Source of the DNA: a virus | Taxonomy: Duplodnaviria > Caudoviricetes | Strand: one strand, 5' to 3' | IMG/VR virus record: IMGVR_UViG_3300044529_000018 | Coordinates: 1-52,709 of that record | Length of the DNA: 52,709 bases | Shown here: piece after piece, positions 1 to 9,481 of the stretch | How positions within the stretch are numbered: position 1 is the stretch's first letter | Layout of the letters: every line of letters begins with the position of its first letter | Position numbers and translations under genes: made by a program | Notes under the pieces: model-generated | Seen by the model: the letters and a program-made list of their open reading frames with translations, nothing else | Database searches by the model: none | Told to the model about the DNA's origin: nothing

Positions 1-1488
1 GATTTTGCGGCCCGTGCGCCCAAGGAACCAATCCGGCTGGACCCGACCGCTATCAGATTGAAGACGGATTTGGACCGGGCAAAGATGGAATATGCCAGGG
101 GGCTTGCCGCCGACCGGCTGGCCAACCGCCCTTGGTGGGAAAAGGCGCAGGATACTTTTGTGAAGTGGCGCCGCGGCTTCCTGCTTTCCGGTCCTGTTAC
201 TCTGGCAAAATTGACCAGTGCCGCAGTTCAGAGGATGGCCTTCACCCCGATGGAGGAGGTTATCGGGGCTGAATGGTCAAAGGTATTTCCTGAACTCGCT
301 CGCAAAGCGCACCGTGAGGGAGGAATCAATTCCCGCGCCGAAGCCAGGGCGATCACCCAGGCTGTAACCAAGGGCATGACGGATGCTTGGGATGTTCTGA
401 CCACGGGCCAGAGCGAGTTGGATGTTCTCTACGGTGGACCGAAGGAGGGCTACATTCGTGAAAGCGACGTGCTCCCGCGCTCGGCGATTGATTTCTTTGG
501 CAAGGTCCACGGCGCATTGAAAGCCCCGACCAAACGGGCGGAATTTGCCCGTTCCTTCGAGAAGCGCGCCACCGCCGCCATCCGCGACGGCATTGATGTC
601 ACCGACCCGATGGTGCAGACCCGGATTGCGGCCGAGGCGTACAAGGATGCCAACCGCGCCATCTTCCTTCAGGACAACATGGTTGTCGCCGCCTACAAGC
701 GGGCGCTGACCGCCTTCGAGCAAAAGAGCAAGGTGACCGGAAACGTAAAGCCGGGCGGAAAGGTTGCGGCGACCGTGTCACAATCACTGTTCCCAATCGT
801 GCGCGTTCCGACCAACATTGTCGCCGAGACGTTCCAATACGCGCTTGGACTTCCGTCCGGTCTTTCACGACTGGCCATCGCCAAGGCTTTCGGAAAAGGC
901 GTTGAGGGATTGAAGCCGGAGGAAGCGGACATGATTATGCGCCACCTGAAGAAAGGTTCGCTGGGCGCGGCAGTCCTGTTATTGGGCTATTTCAATCCCA
1001 ACACCATCGGCGGATATTATCAGTCGGGGGGAAAACGAAAGGCCAGCGACGTGAAGGCGGGGAACATCCAGATTTACGGCCACAACATCCCGTCCTACCT
1101 GTTGCACAATCCGTTGCTGGAAACACTTCAATTTGGCGCGACGATCAGGCGGGTATCCGACTCCAAGCTGAGAAAAAAGGACAAAGATACCCAAGGCATA
1201 CCGGCCGGACTCGCCGCTGGCGCGCTTGGACTGGTCGAGGCGGTGCCGTTTGTGCGGGAGCAGATTGAGGCGACCAAGGCGTTCAATCCCAATGAACGCA
1301 CAGATTTCTTTGGCGAACTATCCAAGTCGTTTGTCGTTCCTCAACTGCTGCAATGGGCTGCAACCCAGACCGATAAGGACGCCAAAGGCAATCCCATCCA
1401 GCGCAAGCCCGGCAGCATCCTCGAATACATTGAATCGGGCCTGCCCGGTGCGCGGCAAAATCTCCCTGTCAAAAAACCAAAAAAGTGA
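1..1488 (+). CDS. C-terminal part of a large internal virion/ejection protein (5'-truncated; alternative allele)
   Basis: Frame open from base 1; helical Ala/Lys-rich protein; occupies the same position relative to the 1459 repeat as 48315..52406. Confidence 0.6.
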   Translation, partial: DFAARAPKEPIRLDPTAIRLKTDLDRAKMEYARGLAADRLANRPWWEKAQDTFVKWRRGFLLSGPVTLAKLTSAAVQRMAFTPMEEVIGAEWSKVFPELARKAHREGGINSRAEARAITQAVTKGMTDAWDVLTTGQSELDVLYGGPKEGYIRESDVLPRSAIDFFGKVHGALKAPTKRAEFARSFEKRATAAIRDGIDVTDPMVQTRIAAEAYKDANRAIFLQDNMVVAAYKRALTAFEQKSKVTGNVKPGGKVAATVSQSLFPIVRVPTNIVAETFQYALGLPSGLSRLAIAKAFGKGVEGLKPEEADMIMRHLKKGSLGAAVLLLGYFNPNTIGGYYQSGGKRKASDVKAGNIQIYGHNIPSYLLHNPLLETLQFGATIRRVSDSKLRKKDKDTQGIPAGLAAGALGLVEAVPFVREQIEATKAFNPNERTDFFGELSKSFVVPQLLQWAATQTDKDAKGNPIQRKPGSILEYIESGLPGARQNLPVKKPKK

Positions 1489-1759
1489 TAATATAAAATT
1501 ATGCAAGTCTCAACTGTGACTCGTTCGGGAAAAAGCTGGCAGATTACCTACACCTACGATCTCGGGTCGGGCAAGCGCAAGACCCGTAATTTTGTCGTTA
1601 ATCAAACCTACAAACCTACCCGCTCCGCCGCCATGCGCTACGCGAAAGACGACTTGTGCAGCAATGCCATGCTCGGCCATTCCCGCGGCCAGTACGGCTA
1701 CAAAAACGTCCGCATCACTGCCATCGACCTGTTCGCCCACACCATCCTGAACACCACCA
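1459..1759 (+). repeat. 301-bp direct repeat, copy 1
   Basis: Matches 52409..52709 except at 1483, 1484, 1617 and 1632. Confidence 0.97.
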
Positions 1760-1833
1760 AGCAGGCGCATGGGGTGAAGCCTACCATTATGCAGGTTCCG
1801 ACCACGGCTGGCGAAGGCGCGGATTTTACCTAG
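1501..1833 (+). CDS. Hypothetical protein
   Basis: ATG after an AT-rich leader; both in-ORF differences from the second copy are synonymous (CCT/CCC, GCC/GCG), which supports coding. Confidence 0.8.
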   Translation: MQVSTVTRSGKSWQITYTYDLGSGKRKTRNFVVNQTYKPTRSAAMRYAKDDLCSNAMLGHSRGQYGYKNVRITAIDLFAHTILNTTKQAHGVKPTIMQVPTTAGEGADFT

Positions 1834-1836
1834 CCC

Positions 1837-2577
1837 ATGAACGCCCCGCGTCTGGCCGGCGTGCTCTGCTGGCATTACGATGGGGCCAAGACGTTCAAAC
1901 ACGCAGACGCCCTGGCCGAATTGTGCGCTGTCTGCGATGCCGTATTCGTGCTGGACGACGCCAGCGTTCCGCCGCTGCCAAAACAGGAATTCTTTGACCG
2001 CTACCCGAAACTCCAGTCCGTGGTTCGCCTCGACGAACGCAACCACACCTGGAACGACTGGACCGCCCACAATCATCTGCTGATGGCCGCCGCCAAGGAT
2101 CACTGCGATTACGTCTTTTGGCTCGATGATGATGAGTCCATCTGGCCGCGGGCAGACCGGGCGCTGATTGATCCGCTGCTGATGGAATTGACGGCCAACC
2201 CGGTTGCCGTGGCCATGAACCTGCATTGGGACCATGTTTGGGATGAGCCGGTCCGGATACGAACCGGGACGCCTTGGGCGCACTGGCGAAAATCATTCCT
2301 CCAGAAAAACCCGTTTTACATTTCCGGCTGCATCTGTTTCGCCAACAATCCGCTGACCGAGCTGCATTCGTGGCCGGTCCAGACCGGGGCAATCCTGACG
2401 AGCGACAAGGTGCGCGTGCTGCACTACGCGCTCATGACGGCGGATGACCGGCGTCGATGGCTGGAGAAGTACGACCGGCACGACCCGACCAACCGTTTCA
2501 ACAACCCGCTCTGGAAGGAATACAAGGCTGGGGTGGAACAAACCGACGTGCAAACGATTCGACTGGAGGATTTATGA
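1837..2577 (+). CDS. GT-A fold (family 2-like) glycosyltransferase
   Basis: VFVLDDAS and YVFWLDDDE (DXD) motifs; C-terminal LHY. Confidence 0.7.
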   Translation: MNAPRLAGVLCWHYDGAKTFKHADALAELCAVCDAVFVLDDASVPPLPKQEFFDRYPKLQSVVRLDERNHTWNDWTAHNHLLMAAAKDHCDYVFWLDDDESIWPRADRALIDPLLMELTANPVAVAMNLHWDHVWDEPVRIRTGTPWAHWRKSFLQKNPFYISGCICFANNPLTELHSWPVQTGAILTSDKVRVLHYALMTADDRRRWLEKYDRHDPTNRFNNPLWKEYKAGVEQTDVQTIRLEDL

Positions 2578-3122
2578 GCGAGACCGCAAAACGATTCCCG
2601 GCGCGACATCAGTCCGGCTGGTTTCTCAAATACACGCAAAATCTCGGCATCGACATCGGGTCCGGGATCGACCCAGTTACGCTGGAGGTGGAGAAGTGGG
2701 ATAAGGAACTGGGAAACACCGACGCGACGTTCATGGCCGGCGTGCCGGACAACCATTTCGATTACGTCTATTCCTACCACTGCCTGGAGCATTTGAACGA
2801 CCCGGTGACCGCCATCCGCAACTGGTATCGCATCCTCAAGCCCGGCGGCTGGTTGATCATCGGCGTGCCGCATCGAAATCTCTACGAGAAAAACACACTG
2901 CTGCCGTCCCGCTGGAACCTCGACCACAAAACATTCTGGCTTCCGTTGCATGACGAGCCGCCGTTCACGCTGGGCCTGCTGGACACGGTGATGAAGGCGT
3001 TGGGGCCAATCGAATTGCAATCTCTGGTTGTCTTTGACGATGGCTGTCTCAACACCGACAAACCGATGGAGCACGCCATGGGCGAGTACACCATCGAAAT
3101 CATCGTTCGTAAAACTGCTTGA
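2574..3122 (+). CDS. Class I SAM-dependent methyltransferase (type 11-like)
   Basis: GIDIGSG, FDYVYSYHCLEH and RILKPGG motifs; ATGA overlap with the upstream gene. Confidence 0.85.
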   Translation: MSETAKRFPARHQSGWFLKYTQNLGIDIGSGIDPVTLEVEKWDKELGNTDATFMAGVPDNHFDYVYSYHCLEHLNDPVTAIRNWYRILKPGGWLIIGVPHRNLYEKNTLLPSRWNLDHKTFWLPLHDEPPFTLGLLDTVMKALGPIELQSLVVFDDGCLNTDKPMEHAMGEYTIEIIVRKTA

Positions 3123-3154
3123 CAGTTTTTAGGTCTTCTGTTTGACTTCGTTTT

Positions 3155-3352
3155 GTGACGTTCGACTTCAAATCCGAAGCCCTCAAGTTCGCGCAAGCCA
3201 ACGGCTGTCCGCCCGCCTGCATCATTCAGAGGGCGATGGAGCGAGGGGCGGAACTTGCGGTTGAAAACATGATCGTCCTGATTTCGGGCGAGATGCAGAA
3301 TCGGAAACTGCTGAACGCGACCGGAATCAAGGACGGAGAAAAGGCTGAATGA
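3155..3352 (+). CDS. Hypothetical protein
   Basis: Small ORF in a tightly packed run. Confidence 0.55.
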   Translation: MTFDFKSEALKFAQANGCPPACIIQRAMERGAELAVENMIVLISGEMQNRKLLNATGIKDGEKAE

Positions 3353-3353
3353 T

Positions 3354-3548
3354 ATGACCCACGAAGAACGCGCCATCCAGCTTGGCATCGACATTGGCCA
3401 CAAAATCCTTTCGTCCGGCCGTGAAATCGCCGCCGAGGAAGTGAAGAAGGAAATTCTCAAGGCGTTCAACGCCATCCGCGTGGACGCCATCCTTGAATGC
3501 CAGCAGGTAGTTGACGCACGGCTGACTCACTTGCGGCACACGATTTGA
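3354..3548 (+). CDS. Hypothetical protein
   Basis: Abuts its neighbours. Confidence 0.6.
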   Translation: MTHEERAIQLGIDIGHKILSSGREIAAEEVKKEILKAFNAIRVDAILECQQVVDARLTHLRHTI

Positions 3549-3549
3549 T

Positions 3550-3795
3550 ATGGAACCTCTGACACGAATGCCTTGCCGAGTCTGTGGAGTTGAAACCGCT
3601 TTCCCTGCCACTCACTGCGACAAGCCAAACTCGCTGAACGCATCAATCCCGTCGGAACTGGCGACGATCTTCGACCGCGCCAAGGCCGGCGAATTCAAGT
3701 GCATCGCATTGGAATACGGGCACGGACGACCGGGGAAACCTTTTTGCAAGGTTGGCGTCGTCTGGCCCAAGACTCAACAGGCAACCCTTTTATGA
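3550..3795 (+). CDS. Hypothetical protein with N-terminal CxxC
   Basis: Abuts its neighbours. Confidence 0.55.
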   Translation: MEPLTRMPCRVCGVETAFPATHCDKPNSLNASIPSELATIFDRAKAGEFKCIALEYGHGRPGKPFCKVGVVWPKTQQATLL

Positions 3796-3989
3796 ATACC
3801 GAACAATACCAGCATCACGCCGATCAGATGGATGCCGCGCGCCGGGAATTCAACCGCATCTGGGAAACGGAGATCGTCCCCCATTTGAAGGACACCTGGC
3901 ATTTGCGCCAGAAGGATTTCATGGCCGTCCAGCATTTGTGCTGGGATTTTTTCAGACGGTCCAAGGGGCTGAATACAGTTCCAGATTGA
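3792..3989 (+). CDS. Hypothetical protein
   Basis: ATGA overlap with the upstream gene. Confidence 0.6.
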   Translation: MNTEQYQHHADQMDAARREFNRIWETEIVPHLKDTWHLRQKDFMAVQHLCWDFFRRSKGLNTVPD

Positions 3990-4058
3990 CTTCTGTTTGT
4001 TGTGGTTTCAGATTAGAGACTGTTGCGCATGGAGCGCGGCATTTGACCTGTTACGATT

Positions 4059-4391
4059 ATGACCTATTCTCAAAAATTACGCGACCCTCGTTGGCAAAAA
4101 AAACGGCTCGAAATCTTTACCCGTGACAACTGGACCTGCATTTTCTGCGGGGCCAAGGAAAGAAACCTTCAGTGTCACCATGTCGTCTATCGCAAGCTCG
4201 ACCCATGGGATTATCCTGATGACCTTTATCAGACGGCCTGCGAGTACTGCCATTCCGAGCGCACGGAACTGACGGACAAGATTGTTGATTCGCTTCGTAT
4301 TTCACTGAAGAACATTCCCGCCCAGAGACTTGAAACTGCCGCTGCTCGCCTTATGTCGGAGGCGATGGCTGAGATGGGAAGTGCGCTATGA
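4059..4391 (+). CDS. HNH endonuclease-like protein
   Basis: LRDPRWQKKRLEI..RDNWTCxxC..HH..CxxCH pattern. Confidence 0.8.
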   Translation: MTYSQKLRDPRWQKKRLEIFTRDNWTCIFCGAKERNLQCHHVVYRKLDPWDYPDDLYQTACEYCHSERTELTDKIVDSLRISLKNIPAQRLETAAARLMSEAMAEMGSAL

Positions 4392-6322
4392 GCGATCCGG
4401 CGACGGTCCTTGAAATATCAATGGGGTCTGCCACCAGTGCAGCCATCACCGGAACAATTTCCCCGGAAGCCGCGGTGGAGGGAATTAAAAACCATTTTTG
4501 GGGGGATGAAGTAGCCGCTCTTCGAGGCGCAACCGACCCGGAGGTAAGGGACCGTTTGAAGCGTTCGTTGCCAGCGTTCATCTGGGCCGGAAAGTTCAAG
4601 GAAAGGCGCAGCGCGGCCATTGAGCGGTTTTCCGGCCTTCTGTGCGCCGACATCGACAAGGTGCCTGAACGGATAGCCGAACTGCATGACCTGGCCAGAA
4701 ATGATCCGCACGTCGTCGCCGCCTTCGTGTCGCCATCGGGGACGGGCATCAAGATTGTTTTTCGGGTGCCGGTGCCGGAGGATTTGAAGGGCCATTCTCG
4801 GAATTTCAACGCGGTCAAGGAAAGGCTGGAAACGAATTACAAGGCCCAGGTGGACAAGGCGGCAAGCGATGCGGCGCGGCTCTGTTTTGTGTCTGATGAT
4901 CCGGCCGCGTTCTACAACGCCCAGGCGGTGGCGCTGGCTGTGCCGGCGGATGATCCGTCACCCAAATCAAACGGGAACGGGTATCACCCTGTTATTCCGT
5001 CGTCACGGCGGGATATTGCAACCAAGATCCTTGGCGCCATCGAATGGCAGGACGACGTGACGGGATTCTGCAACTGTCCCGGCGCACACACCCACAGCAC
5101 GCCTACCAAGCCCAAGGACTGCATGTTGAAGCTGGAGGGATCACCGACCATCAAATGCTTCCACGACTCCTGCTCCGGAATCGTGACGGGGGTTAATCAC
5201 GAACTGCGTTCGCAGATTGGAAAGGCTGAATTCAAACCCAGTGCTCCAGCAACACCTGCCCGACGAACCATTGTAAACGAGTACATTCCATCGGAAGAAG
5301 AATCGCAGGAGCATGAACCCAACCTTGTCCTGGAGGTTGTCGATGCCGCCATGTTCATGGCCACGCCGCATCCGGCCCCGCCACAGTTGATCGAGGGCGT
5401 TTTGCATCAGGGTAGCAAGATGAGCATCAGCGGCAACAGCAAGGCGTACAAGACGTGGATTTACGCCGACCTTGCCGTTTCCGTTTCCCATGGACTGCCA
5501 TGGCTGGGATTCAAGACCAATCAGGGCAAGGTGCTTTACCTGAATTTTGAGGTTCAGGACTTCGGGTGGCATGACCGGATAGCCAAACTTTGCGAGGCCA
5601 AGGGTGTCAAAATTAAGCCCAACAAACTCCATTTCTGGAACCTGCGTGGAAAGGCCCGAAGCTTCAGGCAACTGATTCCGATTATTATTGAATTGGCAAA
5701 AAAGGAGGGATATGCCCTGATTGTCATCGACCCCATCTACAAGCTCATGGCCGGCGGTGAAGAAAATTCTGCTGGGGACATCGCTGAAATGCTCAATTCT
5801 TTCGAGCGACTTGCTGTCGAAACTGGAGCCGCCGTCGCCTACGCCCACCATTTCGCCAAGGGCAACGCCTCCGCCAAGGAAGCTATCGACCGCCAATCCG
5901 GTTCTGGCGTATTCGGGCGTGACCCGGATTCCCTCCTGATTTTCACGGCCCATGAGGAAGAAGGCGCTTTTACGGTGGATACCATCCTCAGAAACTTTGC
6001 CCCGATTTCCCAGTTCGTGGTCCGCTGGCACTACCCGATGATGGAGCCGGATGACAATCTTGACCCGTCAAAACTCAAACAGGTTGCCGGCCGGAAGAAG
6101 GAACACGATCCGGCGTTCATTTTGGGCAAAATTGCCAACAATACCGAGGCAAATCCCATCTCCTTGTCCGCCTGGGCCGAACTGACGGGAATGCCCAGAA
6201 CCACCCTCACTGGATATTTGGACGGATTAAGGTCCAAAGGCTGGGTAAAAACAGTCGGTGACGGTATCAGGGCAAAACAGGCAATAACCGCTTCAGGATT
6301 GGCTTTTCTTGATTCAATTTGA
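4388..6322 (+). CDS. Primase-helicase (VirE-N/BT4734-like primase domain + AAA_25/RepA-type helicase + C-terminal HTH)
   Basis: LCADID, FVSPSGTGIK and RLCFVS motifs; Walker A GNSKAYKT; Walker B LIVIDP; HH..K and SGSG motifs. Confidence 0.85.
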   Translation: MSDPATVLEISMGSATSAAITGTISPEAAVEGIKNHFWGDEVAALRGATDPEVRDRLKRSLPAFIWAGKFKERRSAAIERFSGLLCADIDKVPERIAELHDLARNDPHVVAAFVSPSGTGIKIVFRVPVPEDLKGHSRNFNAVKERLETNYKAQVDKAASDAARLCFVSDDPAAFYNAQAVALAVPADDPSPKSNGNGYHPVIPSSRRDIATKILGAIEWQDDVTGFCNCPGAHTHSTPTKPKDCMLKLEGSPTIKCFHDSCSGIVTGVNHELRSQIGKAEFKPSAPATPARRTIVNEYIPSEEESQEHEPNLVLEVVDAAMFMATPHPAPPQLIEGVLHQGSKMSISGNSKAYKTWIYADLAVSVSHGLPWLGFKTNQGKVLYLNFEVQDFGWHDRIAKLCEAKGVKIKPNKLHFWNLRGKARSFRQLIPIIIELAKKEGYALIVIDPIYKLMAGGEENSAGDIAEMLNSFERLAVETGAAVAYAHHFAKGNASAKEAIDRQSGSGVFGRDPDSLLIFTAHEEEGAFTVDTILRNFAPISQFVVRWHYPMMEPDDNLDPSKLKQVAGRKKEHDPAFILGKIANNTEANPISLSAWAELTGMPRTTLTGYLDGLRSKGWVKTVGDGIRAKQAITASGLAFLDSI

Positions 6323-6323
6323 C

Positions 6324-6457
6324 TGACGGAAATCAATTCTCGTCAGTCGTCAGTGGATTTCCGTCATACCCCTATTGACGAGTGACGGTAATCCTATAAG
6401 GTTACCGTCACCGTCAGTGGGTCTGTCGGAAACGTCCAAAACCATTCCCGTCAGTGG
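6324..6457. repeat. Putative replication origin (iteron-like TGACG/CGTCA cluster)
   Basis: Nine TGACG/CGTCA copies, three CGTCAGTGG, and inverted pairs TGACGGAAATC..GATTTCCGTCA and TGACGGTAA..TTACCGTCA, immediately after the primase-helicase. Confidence 0.6.
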
Positions 6458-6627
6458 CCAAAAATAGACAAAATTTTGAGGGCTACAATACGATTAAACG
6501 CCACCCCGAAAAAGGGCTGGCCGGTCGCCCTCCTGGAATTCGCCGAAAAAAGGAATCTCTTTTTCTGGCCGGTCTGGGGATCAAGCCAATGACCGCAATG
6601 TAATTCGCAGTAGGAGCAAGCTAATTA

Positions 6628-6655
6628 TAGTTGCACAACGTCACTTATATCTACA
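6628..6655. other. dif-like (or empty attI-like) recombination site
   Basis: TAGTTGCACAA-CGTCAC-TTATATCTACA, an 11-6-11 geometry in a convergent intergenic region. Confidence 0.35.
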
Positions 6656-6683
6656 TTCAACCACAAGGCAAATGCCTTGTTTA

Positions 6684-7256
6684 TCAACGGTTTAGGTCTG
6701 ATTCAGCCGGTTTATCCTCGGTTATATCCATAACGGCGCCAGTCTCAACACCACAAGACACAACAGGTTGTGGTGTACTGACATCAATCTGATTTAGAGT
6801 GCCGATCTGGACCACGCTCCGAGGGCCGGAGTCTTTGGACCAGCCGAACACCTTATCGCAGGCCGTCGCCAGGGTGTTTACCGTTGCAGTTCGACCAAGA
6901 GCCAAGCAAGATAGCGTTTTTGGCTTGTTTGTGGCGAATAAACGCGCCTGGGCGAGCAACTCGCTCGAAAGCAGGCCCAAAACCTCTTGGCTTTGCGCCT
7001 CTACCTCGCGTGTAATTGTCGAAGCCACGGCATTTTTGACAACACCCCGAGCATTGTCTAATCCCTGTGACCATTGTCCCCGCTCAGCCATTTTGCGGAT
7101 AGCGAACTGGGAAGCGCCCGTTTCCTGTGCAATTCTGGGGGTTTTGATACCGGCGGCGAACATGGCTTGGATTGTCGCTTTGACTTCTTTGGAAATCCGA
7201 GGCCCAGGACCGCGCCGGGTTTGAGCCGCTGGGACATTTTCGGCGGTTTCAACCAT
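6684..7256 (-). CDS. HTH protein, possible terminase small subunit
   Basis: N-terminal HTH ending RGQW, helical middle and acidic tail, as typical of TerS. Confidence 0.45.
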   Translation of the reverse strand: MVETAENVPAAQTRRGPGPRISKEVKATIQAMFAAGIKTPRIAQETGASQFAIRKMAERGQWSQGLDNARGVVKNAVASTITREVEAQSQEVLGLLSSELLAQARLFATNKPKTLSCLALGRTATVNTLATACDKVFGWSKDSGPRSVVQIGTLNQIDVSTPQPVVSCGVETGAVMDITEDKPAESDLNR

Positions 7257-7412
7257 GCGCAACAGATAACCCGAGGCGGGCGCAGTGTCAAGTTCATGCC
7301 AGCAGGCACAACCCGCAAGGCGCGCGCGGCGTCGTCATCATAAGGGAAGCCGAACGTATCAAAGTGGCGGAATGCCTTTGCAATTGATTGCAAGGCAGTG
7401 TAGGCTAATCCA

Positions 7413-7568
7413 ATGAAAGAACCGAAATACCCGAAAGTGAAGTGTCACGAATGCGATCAGGAGTTCAGCCAGCGCCGGCCGTGGAAACGGTATTGCAGCC
7501 AGGCGTGCAACTGGCGAGCGTGGAATAAGCGCAACCCGAGGCAAAAGGCGAATGCAACAGGCAATTGA
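7413..7568 (+). CDS. Small zinc-finger protein (51 aa; not in the ORF track)
   Basis: MKEPKYPKVKCHECDQEF..RYCSQAC. Confidence 0.65.
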   Translation: MKEPKYPKVKCHECDQEFSQRRPWKRYCSQACNWRAWNKRNPRQKANATGN

Positions 7569-8076
7569 ATCAACCCGTTTGCCGGTGTTTGAATTTGGCG
7601 ACCGCAGGCGATGCACCTATTGCGGAGATCCGGCTACCGCGCGCGATCATGTAATCGCCGTTAGTTACCAACAACAAACGCGGACAAAAGCCTTTTCAGA
7701 GTGCGGCCCGTGGACTTGGTCCTGCACGGAGTGCAACACCACCTTGAGCAACCGCTGGTTTGATTCGTTTGACGAGCGTTGCCGATGGGTGAGCTGGCGA
7801 CTTCAAAAGCGCGTCAAACCCATATTGTGGACCGAGGCACAACTTGCCAGACTGGACTTCAAACTGCAAAATCACATCCGGCAACAGACGGCCAAGGCGA
7901 AGTGGAGCCGCTACCGGGCGGACTTCTACGAGAGCCGCGACTATTACTTGAATCTGGAAAGCCTGACTTGGGAGCTTGCAAGACGCGACACCGTCACCGA
8001 CGCGCGCAAATTCCTTGCCGGCTATTTTCGACAGACGTTGATTGAGCTTGCCGGACTTTACAAACCCGCCCGTTGA
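7552..8076 (+). CDS. HNH endonuclease-like protein
   Basis: CTYCG..RDHV..CTECN. Confidence 0.75.
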   Translation: MQQAIESTRLPVFEFGDRRRCTYCGDPATARDHVIAVSYQQQTRTKAFSECGPWTWSCTECNTTLSNRWFDSFDERCRWVSWRLQKRVKPILWTEAQLARLDFKLQNHIRQQTAKAKWSRYRADFYESRDYYLNLESLTWELARRDTVTDARKFLAGYFRQTLIELAGLYKPAR

Positions 8077-8268
8077 ATGTCCTGATTCTGTTCATGCCCA
8101 TTCTCAAGTTGAGACAATGCCAGCTCGAGGTGGGCCGGACAGATCCCGTGCGATATGTCCACGCCGGCCAGGTCTGGGAAACGCCCTATAAACGATTCTA
8201 GCGCGTCCGGCCACAAAACCCAATAAAATCAAGGCTCTGGCGAGCCTGAAAATAAATGAAATAAATGA

Positions 8269-8297
8269 TTGACGTAGCCGCTACGTCGTGCGATGAT
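8269..8297 (+). promoter_or_regulatory. Sigma70-like promoter with overlapping operator palindrome
   Basis: TTGACG-17-GATGAT with an extended TG; perfect palindrome GACGTAGC-C-GCTACGTC at 8271..8287. Confidence 0.55.
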
Positions 8298-8345
8298 GAT
8301 GTCAGTTCGAGGGGCGAAGAGCCTGACGAACAGAACAAAAACAAA

Positions 8346-8606
8346 ATGAAAAATACCGTCATCATCTACGAAATCAAAAACTGGGGCGACACCTTCCAAG
8401 CCGATGGCTACGACCAGGACGGCTGGGCAAAGAATGACCGCGTCGCGAAGCTCGCGAACATGATAATGATTCTGGACAAAGTTGACCTCGCGACGGCGAG
8501 CCGTCGGGCGAATCAATCAATCAAGGATATGGACGGCGATGTCCAAACTGCCTGCGATGTCATCCGTGCCGAACTCATCGGCCAACAAGGGAAGGCGGCC
8601 AAATGA
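8346..8606 (+). CDS. Hypothetical early protein
   Basis: ATG after an A-rich leader downstream of the promoter. Confidence 0.7.
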   Translation: MKNTVIIYEIKNWGDTFQADGYDQDGWAKNDRVAKLANMIMILDKVDLATASRRANQSIKDMDGDVQTACDVIRAELIGQQGKAAK

Positions 8607-8785
8607 ATCCCGAAGTCACAAAATATATGCGCGAGATGCAGGCTCGCTCCGCCAAGAGCCGGTGGAGCGGGCTGACCGCTGCCAAAAAAAGTGCGGCCAT
8701 GAAAAAACTCCGCGCCAAAGGCAAACAAAAAACCAAGCGCGCACTCCGGCGCTCCAACAACGCAGAGCTGACCGATCACCGCTGA
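8603..8785 (+). CDS. Small basic protein, possibly DNA-binding
   Basis: ATGA overlap; its stop lies inside attC-like site 1. Confidence 0.65.
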   Translation: MNPEVTKYMREMQARSAKSRWSGLTAAKKSAAMKKLRAKGKQKTKRALRRSNNAELTDHR

Positions 8786-8879
8786 CCATGACATCCGCCG
8801 ACACGACAATCTCAATGCCGCCCGCGACTCCCGAAACGGAGAGGCGCGGCGGTGATTCGTGTCCAGCGCTTGGTTCGGC
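8755..8879 (-). repeat. attC-like site 1
   Basis: Minus strand GCCGAAC-CAAGC-GCTGGACACGAATCACCGC ... GCGGTGATCGGTCAGC-TCTGC-GTTGTTG; stem with bulged bases. Confidence 0.85.
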
Positions 8880-9030
8880 GGCACGGTCGGATTCACGGAA
8901 ATCGTCAATGAAATCAGGGCTAAAATAAATCCCGAAAAGGTGTTGACAAATCAAAGATAAAATACGATGCTCTAATCGTTCTGAAAAACAGAACAGCCAC
9001 CGGGGGCGACCCGGAAAACAGAAACAACTG

Positions 9031-9480
9031 ATGAAAAATACAGCAAACAAAACGCCGAGCCTCGCGGCACTCCTTGAGGCAACAAACATCCCAACATCAC
9101 TCGTCCGCGCCGTCGTGCGTCAAATGGGTGGCTGGAAATCGTTCAGTGAATCCGCTCCTGACATTACACGCCACGGAATAGACGGCGGCTTCAACGGTTT
9201 CATCTACAACCGCGACACCGAAGCGTTTGCACGTCGCAATCGTGAGTCAATCGCTCAGATGGCCAGCGAGCAGGCTGCCGACTTCGGGAGCGGCGTAATC
9301 GAAATGATTCGCGGCTTTGGCTGCTTTCGGAACGGCACGAAGCCGACCGATGAGGAAATCGGATCGGCGCTGTATGCCGGACGCGATGCGAAAGACGGCC
9401 TACCGGTATTGAACGCGCTTGCGTGGTATGCCGGCGAAGAAGTCGCCCGCGCCTACTGTGACGCATTCGATCCTCAATGA
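9031..9480 (+). CDS. Hypothetical protein (cassette-borne)
   Basis: Preceded by TTGACA at 8943 and a leader hairpin. Confidence 0.8.
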   Translation: MKNTANKTPSLAALLEATNIPTSLVRAVVRQMGGWKSFSESAPDITRHGIDGGFNGFIYNRDTEAFARRNRESIAQMASEQAADFGSGVIEMIRGFGCFRNGTKPTDEEIGSALYAGRDAKDGLPVLNALAWYAGEEVARAYCDAFDPQ

Positions 9481-9481
9481 T

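Noticed and set aside
1459-1759. Fixed direct terminal repeat of a linear virion genome
   Set aside because: The left copy is internal, the copies differ at 4 sites, and the right copy is simply cut by the window end.
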